A stretch of DNA of 64,000 nucleotides from Synergistales bacterium (GCA_963666205.1 OY762654.1:2336001-2400000), one strand, 5' to 3'. Numbered from the stretch's first letter, positions 9,779 through 19,103 are shown. The notes: generated from the sequence alone by a model not told the origin. Made by a program: numbers and translations.

Positions 9779-10648
9779 TTGTATATGATCATAATTCTGG
9801 TTATTATCATCCTTTTTCTCCTTTCTATGGCATGCCTTTTTCAGGAATACATAATGTTCAACCCCGGATGGCGTTTCTATCCTCTTCCGGAGAATCCGGG
9901 GTTTACCATTGAAGACGTGTATTTTCCCACTGAAGATGGACATAAAATTCACGGATGGCATATTTATCCTTCAAAGATAGATTCTTCATTTACCATCCTT
10001 ATATGTCATGGAACCAGGGGTAATCTTACAGAGCCTTTCAGGGTGTCCCTGATACAGGCTCTTTCTGAATTGGGGATGGAAATGTTTATTTTTGATTATT
10101 CCGGGATCGGCAGAAGCGATGGCAGAGTATCAGAAAATAATGCATACAGAGATGCTATGGCAGCCTTCAGATATGTATCTTCCTATAAGGGGCTTTCGAA
10201 TGAGCAGATAATAGTATTCGGCAGATCCCTTGGAGGACCTGTAGCCTGTAAGCTTGCTGCTGAGATAGACCCGTTTCTTCTTATCCTTGAATCCACTTTT
10301 TACAGTATGGCAGAAGAGGTTCATTATCTTCTTCCTTTCGTGCCTGAATTCCTTATTAGAGGTATTGTGGGCGACAGGTTTCCAACTTACAGATATTACA
10401 GGGATGTAAGATGTCCATCTCTATGTCTGCATGGAAACAGGGACAGGCTGGTTCCATGCAGCTCCGGGCAACGCTTGTACGGAGAATCTTCCAATCCTCT
10501 ACGGGTTTTTATAACCATGGAGGGCGGGGGACATAAATTTTTTTTAAATCATAGGAACCTTTATGTGACCAATCTCCTGAGGGGACTTTCCCTTGTTTCC
10601 CCTGATTATGAAAAAGACAGGTCTGATAGTTCATCTCAAAGGGTATAA
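9779..10648 (+). CDS. Alpha/beta hydrolase (BEM46/ABHD-like) with N-terminal anchor
   Basis: CHG, FDYSGIG, GRSLGG nucleophile elbow, HGNRD and GGGH. Confidence 0.9.
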   Translation: MYMIIILVIIILFLLSMACLFQEYIMFNPGWRFYPLPENPGFTIEDVYFPTEDGHKIHGWHIYPSKIDSSFTILICHGTRGNLTEPFRVSLIQALSELGMEMFIFDYSGIGRSDGRVSENNAYRDAMAAFRYVSSYKGLSNEQIIVFGRSLGGPVACKLAAEIDPFLLILESTFYSMAEEVHYLLPFVPEFLIRGIVGDRFPTYRYYRDVRCPSLCLHGNRDRLVPCSSGQRLYGESSNPLRVFITMEGGGHKFFLNHRNLYVTNLLRGLSLVSPDYEKDRSDSSSQRV

Positions 10649-10686
10649 TATCCTAAGAATTTTTAAGTCTAACGGGAGTGGAGATC

Positions 10687-11076
10687 ATGGTCATTATCTT
10701 CAGACTAATCAGGTTTATTCTTCCATTACTTCTGATGTACCTGGTTTTCCAGGTGCTGAGGAATTTCCTTTATTACTTTGGAGCCTCAGGTTACCAGGGC
10801 CGGGGATCTTCCTATTCAGGAGGGAGTGGTGATTCAAGGTCTCATAACAGGGGTGCTTCCCGCAAAACAAGGGATCCCTACCTGATCCTCGGATGCAGTC
10901 CCCATGCTACAGATGAAGAGGTTAAAAGCTGTTATCGCAGAATGGTTGGCCGTTATCACCCTGACAGATTCATAGGCCAGGAACTGGATCAGGAGTTTAT
11001 AGACCTTGCCACAGAACGTTTCAAAGAGATTCAGGACGCTTATGATCATATAAGAAAGATAAGGGGAATGGTATGA
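10687..11076 (+). CDS. Membrane-anchored J-domain protein (short DjlA-like)
   Basis: N-terminal TM helix, Gly/Ser linker, DPYLILG...YHPD...FKEIQDAY J domain. Confidence 0.9.
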   Translation: MVIIFRLIRFILPLLLMYLVFQVLRNFLYYFGASGYQGRGSSYSGGSGDSRSHNRGASRKTRDPYLILGCSPHATDEEVKSCYRRMVGRYHPDRFIGQELDQEFIDLATERFKEIQDAYDHIRKIRGMV

Positions 11077-11088
11077 AGGAGATACGGA

Positions 11089-11583
11089 ATGAAGGGGCTC
11101 GATGAGAACAGGTATGCTTTTAATCTGGTAATAGTCTTTTGTTATCTCCTCAGGGACAGTGATATTCTTCTGATCCGGAGACGGAAAGAGCCTTACAGGG
11201 GACATCTGACCGTACCTGGAGGAAAAAAGGAGCGGGGAGAATCACTCGTTGAAACATGTAGAAGGGAAGTGCTTGAAGAGACTGGTTTGATAGTGGATGA
11301 TATCTCTCTTTCAGGAATAGTGTCCAATTACGGGAATTCTATCAATACGGAAGTAATGTCGTTTTATTTTTTATCCCGATCTTTTCGTGGTGTCCCGTGC
11401 TCCGGACCTGAAGGTGATGTAGACTGGTACAATATTGACCAGAGTTTTTTTACTGAAAGGATAAGCCCTTTCTATAAGCTCATTTCGCCCCTGGTCCTGG
11501 AAGAAAGGAACAGGCTTTTCCATGGCAGGATCAATATAGATGATTACGGAAATATCCAGAGCTCGGATCTTTCATTTTTATGA
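11089..11583 (+). CDS. Nudix hydrolase (MutT-like)
   Basis: Nudix box GGKKERGESLVETCRREVLEETG. Confidence 0.9.
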   Translation: MKGLDENRYAFNLVIVFCYLLRDSDILLIRRRKEPYRGHLTVPGGKKERGESLVETCRREVLEETGLIVDDISLSGIVSNYGNSINTEVMSFYFLSRSFRGVPCSGPEGDVDWYNIDQSFFTERISPFYKLISPLVLEERNRLFHGRINIDDYGNIQSSDLSFL

Positions 11584-11667
11584 TTTTGTAGATATCTTTC
11601 GAATTTCAGGGCTAAGCCTGGTTGATCAATACCCATTGGTAGATAGCAGGCGGTAGTATCCATAAAG

Positions 11668-11706
11668 AAAAAAGGGACCGCGTAAATTGGGGAACGGTCC
11701 CTTTTC
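11668..11706. terminator. Bidirectional terminator between convergent genes
   Basis: AAAAAAGGGACCG...CGGTCCCTTTT. Confidence 0.75.
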
Positions 11707-11735
11707 TGTTCTTATGTCATTTCCATGATCCATTA

Positions 11736-12911
11736 TCAGGAGGATAATTTTTTAAATTTATTTCTATCAGGAATTTGCCTTTTCCCTTTTTCAAAGGAAA
11801 TGGCACCAACGGGGCATGAATTCATACATGTGGCACAGGAGAAACAGTCGGGAATTGTCTTCCCCTCCTGTCTCAGAATGGCATGCATAACGGTGGAAGG
11901 ACAGGCTTCTTCGCATGCTCCACAGGCAATACATTTATCATAGTTGACCTTTATCTTGTAAATGCTAGTCTTTTCGAGAAACCAGCCCACAAGCCCGAAG
12001 GGGCAGAAAAAATGGCACCAGGGACGATATATGAACAATGAAAGGAAAAACAGTGAAACTATAAAAAGAAATCCAGTTATCCCAAGGGCAGCTGGTTTGA
12101 ATATTTTGAAAGGGTCTATCGGTTCCAGGATATCTATTCTCCAAAGTAACGTTCCAAGGATCAGAAAAATGAATGTCCCAACCCTGATGGTGTTCGTAAG
12201 TATAAAGGGCAGTTTGTACTGCTTCAATATGCCCTTGTTATCGCTCTCATCCCTGTTAAGTCTGAAAAGAGCATCCTGAAGTGTCCCTGCCTGACATCCC
12301 CAGGAGCATATGAATTTATTTGCAAGGACAACTGTTCCCAGCAGGAGTGACATTGCAATGAGTCTCGGAGGGAAAATAGCGCCAGTTGTTCCTAAAAGAA
12401 CGACAGCATCTTTGACAGTTCCCATTGGTCCGGGATCAGAACCTAAAAGTACTCCGAAAAGAGAAAAGGAAAATAAGTAATACCATTTTCTATTCACAGG
12501 GGTTATCTTCTTTTTCCTGATCATAATGAACATGTAGGACATAAAGATAAACCAGAGACCGAATTTAAGAGGGATCTTTAACCAGTTTTTGGACTCGTAT
12601 TCTTCCTTGAGGGCAGTCGACCTGGTCAGTTTAATTTTTACCTGCTCTTCCGTCATCCCAAGTTCATCAAACTTCTTTTCAAGATCTGATGGTGAAGTAA
12701 GTTTGAAAATTTCTTTGAGAGTCGGGTTTGGTATGTTATTTGCCTTTCCAAACTCTGCAAGGGACATGCCTGGCAGTATCTGTAGTTCCTCTGCTGTTGA
12801 AGAGATCTCCTTCTCTTCCAGCCAGAGTGAGCTGCTCAGGTTTGAAAGGAACATTACCAACCCTATCATTATGAGGGCACAGCCCAGAATCTTGATTGAT
12901 CTTGTTTTCAT
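11736..12911 (-). CDS. Membrane 4Fe-4S protein (NapH/MauN/NosR-like)
   Basis: Several TM helices, CSWGCQAG and WCHFFCPFG motifs, two CxxCxxCxxxCP motifs. Confidence 0.88.
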   Translation of the reverse strand: MKTRSIKILGCALIMIGLVMFLSNLSSSLWLEEKEISSTAEELQILPGMSLAEFGKANNIPNPTLKEIFKLTSPSDLEKKFDELGMTEEQVKIKLTRSTALKEEYESKNWLKIPLKFGLWFIFMSYMFIMIRKKKITPVNRKWYYLFSFSLFGVLLGSDPGPMGTVKDAVVLLGTTGAIFPPRLIAMSLLLGTVVLANKFICSWGCQAGTLQDALFRLNRDESDNKGILKQYKLPFILTNTIRVGTFIFLILGTLLWRIDILEPIDPFKIFKPAALGITGFLFIVSLFFLSLFIYRPWCHFFCPFGLVGWFLEKTSIYKIKVNYDKCIACGACEEACPSTVMHAILRQEGKTIPDCFSCATCMNSCPVGAISFEKGKRQIPDRNKFKKLSS

Positions 12912-12971
12912 TCCAGATATTCCTCCTTATGGGACAGGTTGCAGTACTCCGATGGCGATAGGGTTAGATGT

Positions 12972-14333
12972 CTATTCTCCCTTTAGCAGATCTTTGATTG
13001 CATTTCGGATTTCCTGAACTTCCTTTCCCAGTTCCTGGGCAATGGTTTTGATGGGTAGTGCCTGGTCAGATCCGGAAGGCCACCCAGCCTTCTCAAATAT
13101 TTTTTCCCCGTCAAGTCCGTAGGTTGCGGCAATTTCGCTCATAGTCATTGATCCCTTTATTTCATCTGGTGGAAGTATCTGTGAAGGTTGCGATGTTTCA
13201 GAGGGTGGCCGGGTTCCCAATCCCTCCTTTAAATTTTCTTTAAGTAATTCGTCATTGACCCCTTCTATATTTTTTACAGGTACGTCCAGGGGGATGTCTT
13301 GTGGAAGTTTTCCCAGTTTGATGACTTCGTCAACTGAAATTGCAAGGGTTTCAGCTATCTTTTCTATGCTCATCCATCCGAAAATCGCTTCTGTAGGGTC
13401 TTTTTCTACTATGGTAGCAGTGGGGGAAGCCCATGTCTGCCATAGGTTTGCTACCCTGGCGTAACCATATGCCCCGAAGAAAATAAACAGGCCAATTATT
13501 CCAACAGTAAGGGTTTTAATGGTTTTGCCTTTCAGGGCAAAGTAAAGGGCTTTTTCCTTTGGACAAGCTTCAACACACTGCCCACATGCCAGACATTCAG
13601 CGCTTGTAACTGTATCTGAAGATTCCGGATCAAGTCTGACAGGACAGTTTGAGCTGCATAAATGGCAGTGAATGCAATGTTCTTCGTTTCTGTTAATCTT
13701 GATTAAAGATATTTTCTGAAGAGGAGCAAGCAAGGCTCCCAGTGGGCACAAATAGCGGCACCAGAATCGTTCGATCTTGAAGCTGGCAAATATGACTGTC
13801 CCGAAAAGAATTATAAAAGCCCATGGTTTTTCGACCATTTCCGATAATCCTGCGGATAGATGCATATAAGCTACCCACGGGTCATAGTCTCTCCATACGA
13901 GGGTCCCCATTTGCCAGGTGAAGTAAATGATAACAAGGAAAATAACATACTTGAGATAACGTAGTTTTGAGTCAACTGCGGGGGGTAGTTCTGATTTTTT
14001 TATTCCCAGTTTTTTCCCGATCTTTGCGCTTAACTCACCAAGAGTTCCCAGTGGGCATATCCAGCCGCAAAAAGTCCTCCCCGTAACGATAGTCATAAGG
14101 ATTACTGCTACAAGGAGAATGAGGGCGCTTGGTGCAACCCTTCTTAGCCAGCCTCCAGAGGTCAGGAAAATATACAGACTTTCCATGCCCCCGAAGGGAC
14201 ATAGGGCATCAACTGCAGGGGCTCCATCAGGACCGCCTCCGAGCATCTGGTGTCTGATACCCACCCAGGTCAGGAAAAGGAGAAAGCCTATCTGTACTGA
14301 CATTCTGATTTTAGAAGACTTCATTTCCAGCAT
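12972..14333 (-). CDS. Membrane 4Fe-4S protein (NapH/YccM-like) with C-terminal soluble extension
   Basis: LCPFGG, FCGWICPLG and WCRYLCPLG motifs, two CxxCxxCxxxCP motifs. Confidence 0.9.
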   Translation of the reverse strand: MLEMKSSKIRMSVQIGFLLFLTWVGIRHQMLGGGPDGAPAVDALCPFGGMESLYIFLTSGGWLRRVAPSALILLVAVILMTIVTGRTFCGWICPLGTLGELSAKIGKKLGIKKSELPPAVDSKLRYLKYVIFLVIIYFTWQMGTLVWRDYDPWVAYMHLSAGLSEMVEKPWAFIILFGTVIFASFKIERFWCRYLCPLGALLAPLQKISLIKINRNEEHCIHCHLCSSNCPVRLDPESSDTVTSAECLACGQCVEACPKEKALYFALKGKTIKTLTVGIIGLFIFFGAYGYARVANLWQTWASPTATIVEKDPTEAIFGWMSIEKIAETLAISVDEVIKLGKLPQDIPLDVPVKNIEGVNDELLKENLKEGLGTRPPSETSQPSQILPPDEIKGSMTMSEIAATYGLDGEKIFEKAGWPSGSDQALPIKTIAQELGKEVQEIRNAIKDLLKGE

Positions 14334-14473
14334 CTTCCTTTCTGGTGAATTTTAATATATTGCAACAAAGAAGAATTAAAGGATTATACAATTTATTATA
14401 ACTGCAAAATCTCCCGATATACACATGGGGAGTTAAAGAACCGCTTCTTCGGAATAAAGTGCAGGTGTGTTTT

Positions 14474-14502
14474 AAAAAAGCCGTCCCCAAGGGAACGGCT
14501 TT
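14474..14502 (-). terminator. Rho-independent terminator after the small Fe-S selenoprotein gene
   Basis: Minus strand AAAGCCGTTCCC-TTG-GGGACGGCTTTTTT. Confidence 0.75.
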
Positions 14503-14524
14503 AAGATTGATTAAATCCATGAAA

Positions 14525-14539
14525 GCAGTTAACAACTGC
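14525..14539 (-). promoter_or_regulatory. Putative SECIS element for the UGA at 14553-14555
   Basis: GCAGUU-GUU-AACUGC hairpin; loop begins 20 nt after the UGA; same GUU loop as the fdh SECIS. Confidence 0.65.
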
Positions 14540-14789
14540 CGCTGCAACCAGCTCAGCCTCCGCCGCAACCACCTTTAAGAGCTGCATATATGGGAACATA
14601 TATATCCAGTATTTCCTGAATATTTTTGTGGCAGTCTTCGTGGGAGGGATCTGAACATGTTCCTGTTACAGAAAGAACCTCTTCGATGGAATCAGCATCT
14701 CTAAGGGCTATTGCTTTAACCACATCCCTGAGTGACAGGTTGCATTCCTCACATACCTTGGTATCCCCTGAAGCTTTAGACCAATCCAT
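14529..14789 (-). CDS. BFD/CopZ-like (2Fe-2S)-binding protein, probable selenoprotein (86 aa with UGA read as Sec)
   Basis: RBS GGGGGTG. MDWS..VCEEC...AI...A.S.EEV..VTG.C...C BFD-like domain. The TGA at 14553-14555 continues in frame as AGCSGSC-TAA, completing GGCGGG-U-AGCSGSC. Confidence 0.8.
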
Positions 14790-14858
14790 TGTTTCACCCC
14801 CCTTGGTTGGCAGGAAAAATATTTGTTTTCTCTGGAATGCCAGTTATAAATTAATTTT

Positions 14859-14897
14859 ATACCCCCGAAAGGTATCATAAGAAGATCGTTTATTCAA
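14859..14897 (-). promoter_or_regulatory. Sigma70 promoter with overlapping CsoR/RcnR-like operator
   Basis: Minus strand TTGAAT-17 nt-TACCTT with extended -10 TG. ATACC-CCCGAAA-GGTAT (14859-14875) is an inverted repeat with a C tract over the -10. Confidence 0.5.
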
Positions 14898-15153
14898 CTC
14901 CTTTTTTACATTTAAGTAAAAATACTTATCTATTGATTTTCTGCTGGAATATCAGACTAATTCTGTGAGAATTTCCTATCACAACCTGGGTCGCTAGAGA
15001 TACAGATTCTTCGTGTAAGTCGAAAAGATCTATACATTGCATTTTTCTGTCATTAATAATCTCAAGGATCTTCATTTCGTAATGCTATAATATAAACAGA
15101 TAATAGCTTCCAATGTTATCTGATGCTGGTTTATTTTGAGGAGGGTAAGACCA

Positions 15154-15519
15154 ATGGATAAAAAACTTGTAAGTTTGTTCTCTGTGATGATAATTTTAAT
15201 ATCCCTTTTCTTCCTGAGTCCTGGTGCTATTCTGGCACATCCACCATCCGGCTTGACCCTTAGTTATGATCCCGCAACCCAGATACTGGATGTACTTGCA
15301 AAACATAACGTTAAAAATCCAGAGTCTCATTTTATAGCTGAATTCAAGGTTTTTGTAGATGATAAGCAGATATACGAGCTTGAAGCTTCTGTTCAGTTTT
15401 CCGAGTCAACTGGAAAAGCACTGTTCTATCTGCCAGATCTGAAAGCAGGGGCAGAAATAACAGTTGAGGTTGAGTGCAATAAGTTCGGGTCAAGTAAACA
15501 GAGCATTAAGGTAGAGTAA
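15154..15519 (+). CDS. Secreted protein, superoxide-reductase/desulfoferrodoxin-like metal-binding domain
   Basis: RBS GAGGAGG; signal peptide ending ILA-HPP; H...HFI and CNKFG motifs. Confidence 0.65.
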   Translation: MDKKLVSLFSVMIILISLFFLSPGAILAHPPSGLTLSYDPATQILDVLAKHNVKNPESHFIAEFKVFVDDKQIYELEASVQFSESTGKALFYLPDLKAGAEITVEVECNKFGSSKQSIKVE

Positions 15520-15540
15520 AGAACCCGATATATCTGGAAA

Positions 15541-15562
15541 GGGCCCGGGGTTTCCCGGGCCT
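15541..15562. terminator. Stem-loop between convergent genes
   Basis: GGCCCGGG-gttt-CCCGGGCC. Confidence 0.6.
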
Positions 15563-15568
15563 GATATT

Positions 15569-15943
15569 TTATTGAGTACTTGCAACCGATATGGCTATGT
15601 AAACAAGTGGATAATGACCAACGTTTTCCAGAGAATGGTTAAGTCCCTTCTGTGTAAGAATAACATCCCCGGCATCAACTTTTTCCTGAACGCCATCTTC
15701 TGTGTATATGCCCATTCCGTATATTATGATTTTCGCTTCTTCACATCCTTCATGTTTGTGCTCCGGTATTACCGTATCCGGAGGCATCTCCACCCAGTTG
15801 ATTTCATGGAACATGCTCTGTTCGGGGAAATCTTCAGGAGTTATGAATTCATCCGGATTGAGAGTTCTGACCTTTATTCCCTCCAGCTTTCCGTATAGCG
15901 GATGAGTTGTTACATTGTTCATTTGTGTATCCTTGATAATCAC
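15569..15943 (-). CDS. Cupin domain protein
   Basis: HKHEGCEE and GD.I....G..H cupin motifs; RBS AGGAGG favours GTG at 15943. Confidence 0.85.
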   Translation of the reverse strand: MIIKDTQMNNVTTHPLYGKLEGIKVRTLNPDEFITPEDFPEQSMFHEINWVEMPPDTVIPEHKHEGCEEAKIIIYGMGIYTEDGVQEKVDAGDVILTQKGLNHSLENVGHYPLVYIAISVASTQ

Positions 15944-16157
15944 TAAACTCACCTCCTGGTAACTATTCTCAATATTATCATATCAGTTATTATACCTCTT
16001 CATTATGTTAATATCATCAAGGGCTTTCCGTTATAGTTATGATATAGATCAAGAATATGAAAATGAGTAGTTTATACTTAAACCAGTTATGGATTATATT
16101 TCTTCATACAAAGGTTTTGGATAATATTTCCCCATTGCCGTTGAGGAGGGATATGAA

Positions 16158-16436
16158 ATGTCCCGTAGACAGGTTCGTGTTACTATTTCCGGGCTTGTTC
16201 AGGGAGTTGGCTTTCGCCATTCTCTCTTGAGACAGGCCCGTAAAAGAGATATTTCAGGATGGGTTCGGAACATGACAAATGGTACAGTAGAGGCCCTTTT
16301 TCAGGGAGAAATGGATTCCATAGATGATCTTATCGAATGGTGCAGGATCGGGCCTGTTTTTGCAGAAGTATCCGAGGTCCATGTTATATGGCAGAATAGA
16401 GAAGAGAACCTTGATTCCTTTGAGATCCGTGCATGA
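16158..16436 (+). CDS. acyP: Acylphosphatase
   Basis: GLVQGVGFR and GWVRN signatures. Confidence 0.95.
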   Translation: MSRRQVRVTISGLVQGVGFRHSLLRQARKRDISGWVRNMTNGTVEALFQGEMDSIDDLIEWCRIGPVFAEVSEVHVIWQNREENLDSFEIRA

Positions 16437-16638
16437 AACATTCGTTATCTCAATAGAATGGTAAGTGAAAGGTCTTTCATTAGTGTGAAAATTGAGAAGA
16501 TAGGACAGGATATGTATCCTGAAGTCCATCCGGGTGATATATTTAATATGAGAGTAATACATTGCCTGATTTCCCGTATCTCTTGTCCAGGGAGACTTAT
16601 GCTCTGGTGCTGATTTGAATTCAAAGGAGACCGAGAGA

Positions 16639-18660
16639 ATGAATATTAGAAAAGATATCAAAGTTGCCGAATGCTCCGGGAATGATATGGAAGAAGGGGA
16701 AAAAACTTTAATTTTCAACAATGACGATTTTCTTTCGGATCTTCAGAAACGGTCTCAATATCTGGAATTTGTGTTTCATAATTCTCCTCAAGGAATTGTA
16801 TGCTGTGATGAAAAAGGCATTATCAGAGATGTTAACAGTATGTTCAGCATGATTTTTGGCTTTGAACGCAGTGATGTTCTTGGTAAAACAATCAATGACA
16901 TCGTTGCACAATCGGAAGAAGTTAAAAAAGATGTGGATTCCATATGTAAGGAAATTCATAGTGGAAGAAGTGTCAGCAAAAAAACATACAGAAACAGGAA
17001 AGATGGGTCTCTCTTTCCTGTTTCTGTTACTTGCTTTCCCGTTGATATTGCCGGACATCCTTTCTATCATTATGCATACAGTGACATGTCTTCTTCGGTT
17101 GATTCAGGTAGTAGAATGAAACGCAGGAATGGACTTGAGAAGCTCATGCCAGGTCTATTCATCCGTTTCGAAAATTCCAGAAACCTGGATGAAGCTACAA
17201 GAATATCTCTTGCAGAGCTTGGCACATTAATGGGGGCAAGCTCATGCAATATATATTTTCCCAGTAAGAATAATGGAGTAATGGAACCCGGCTATGAATG
17301 GACTATTCCAGAAGAGGAGCCTCTTTCAGAAAGATTGATAAAGATCCCTGAAGAAAAACAGTTATTGTTATGGGAGAAGATCAGGAAGACAGGATCCGGA
17401 AGCACCAGGAACGTTATCGCTGATTCAGAATTAGAAGAAATTATTAAAGAGATACCTGTCCTTGCCTTTTCTTCCTCTCTTCTGGTGATCCCTTTTTGTG
17501 CCGGTACTGAAACTTGCGGGTTACTTATTTTCGAAAATATTCCTCCGGATTCCCAGCCCGATAGTGCCGAAATGTCCCTGCTTCGAATATTCAGCGATTT
17601 TCTGGGAAATATTTTTTTAAAATCCCATACAGGGAAAGACCTTCATAAACAACAGGTCAGGTATTATTCAATTGTTGATGATCAGCTTGATTTCGTTAAT
17701 ACAATGGATCCGGAATACAGGATTACCTTCGCTAACACAGCTTTCTGTAATTATTTTGATATTTCCAGAAATGAGATTGTAGGTAAAAACTTCCTGGAAC
17801 TCCTTCCGGATATGGACAGGAGATCGATGGAAGAACAGTTACTTGGTCTTTCAAAAGAGACCCCCATAATTGTTACAGAGGGCAGAACGGTTCTTCCTTC
17901 TGGCGGGGTTATATGGCAGCAATGGATCAGTAAGGGCATTTTCGATGAAGAAGGAGATCTTATTGAAATACTCGGGGTTGGACGTGATATAACAAGAAGG
18001 AAAAGAGTCGAGGATGAACTTAAAAGAACAATAGGAACCCTGAAGAATAATTTTGAGGCTACCATTAATGGAATGGGCAAAATAATAGAAATAAAAGACC
18101 CGTATACTGCAGGGCATCAGCAGAACGTGGCTCTTCTTGCCAGAAGGATTGCAGAAGAAATGCATCTTTCTCAGGATCAGATTGAGAGTGTGTATTATGC
18201 ATCTCTCGTTCATGACATTGGCAAGATTCAGATCCCTTCAGAGATATTGAACAAGCCTGGTAAATTAAACGAACTTGAATATTCCCTTGTTAAAAGCCAT
18301 CCCATCCATAGTTCAGAGATTATGAAGACAGTTGACTTTCCATGGCCTATCGCTGACATAGTTCTCCAGCACCATGAGCGTATCAATGGAGCAGGATATC
18401 CTAATGGGGTCAAGGGAGAAGATCTGGTTATAGAGGCAAGGATCATGGGTGTTGCGGATGTGGTTGAAGCCATGTCAGCTCACCGCCCTTATCGTATAAG
18501 CCTTGGAATAGACAAAGCTTTGGAAGAAATTGAGGCCTATAGTGGTGTACTCTATGACCCGGGAGTTGTAAAGATCTGTGTATCTCTTTTCAGGGAAAAA
18601 GGTTTTTCCTTTGAGCGTGAAAAAGGATCTGTACAAGGATCCAAACACGATTTTGCATGA
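16639..18660 (+). CDS. PAS-GAF-PAS-HD-GYP cyclic-di-GMP phosphodiesterase
   Basis: Two PAS domains, a GAF-like segment, KDPYTAGHQ, HDIGK and HHERINGAGYP. Confidence 0.92.
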   Translation: MNIRKDIKVAECSGNDMEEGEKTLIFNNDDFLSDLQKRSQYLEFVFHNSPQGIVCCDEKGIIRDVNSMFSMIFGFERSDVLGKTINDIVAQSEEVKKDVDSICKEIHSGRSVSKKTYRNRKDGSLFPVSVTCFPVDIAGHPFYHYAYSDMSSSVDSGSRMKRRNGLEKLMPGLFIRFENSRNLDEATRISLAELGTLMGASSCNIYFPSKNNGVMEPGYEWTIPEEEPLSERLIKIPEEKQLLLWEKIRKTGSGSTRNVIADSELEEIIKEIPVLAFSSSLLVIPFCAGTETCGLLIFENIPPDSQPDSAEMSLLRIFSDFLGNIFLKSHTGKDLHKQQVRYYSIVDDQLDFVNTMDPEYRITFANTAFCNYFDISRNEIVGKNFLELLPDMDRRSMEEQLLGLSKETPIIVTEGRTVLPSGGVIWQQWISKGIFDEEGDLIEILGVGRDITRRKRVEDELKRTIGTLKNNFEATINGMGKIIEIKDPYTAGHQQNVALLARRIAEEMHLSQDQIESVYYASLVHDIGKIQIPSEILNKPGKLNELEYSLVKSHPIHSSEIMKTVDFPWPIADIVLQHHERINGAGYPNGVKGEDLVIEARIMGVADVVEAMSAHRPYRISLGIDKALEEIEAYSGVLYDPGVVKICVSLFREKGFSFEREKGSVQGSKHDFA

Positions 18661-19103
18661 TCTATTTCTCCAGAGAGATATATTCTCCACCTGGTTCTTT
18701 AGTGACTGAAAGTCTTTATCCAGATTGTGATATTGAATTCTTTTAGAAAATCCAATTATCCATATCATCAAAATGGTGCAATATTTGCTTCATGTCTGGA
18801 GAATAGATTTTCTGACCGGAGAAATTCTGTGTGATTTTCAATTGATATGCTTTCAGCATTGGTTAATAGAGACAGGTTTTACTACACTATCCGTGATAGA
18901 ATGTGTTCCGCTTTTTTTCTGAAGTCAGGGGGGGAAATAGCCTATTCATAGGATTCTGTCTGATAATTATCATAATGTAGTATATTTATGATAATTGACT
19001 GAAAATAAGGGATAAAAATAAAAGGACTTGTCCCTTTCCTTCAAACCGTGTAAAGTTAAAAAACGGGTTAACCGAATTCAAGAGAGAAGGGGTCGATATC
19101 TGC

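Noticed and set aside
14311-14568. 85-aa minus-strand ORF overlapping the selenoprotein tail
   Set aside because: No RBS, crosses a terminator, and the region is better explained by Sec read-through.
18774-18789. Sigma54-like TGGTGCAATATTTGCT
   Set aside because: GG-N10-GC spacing fits, but it is over 300 nt from the next gene with no supporting activator; may be chance.
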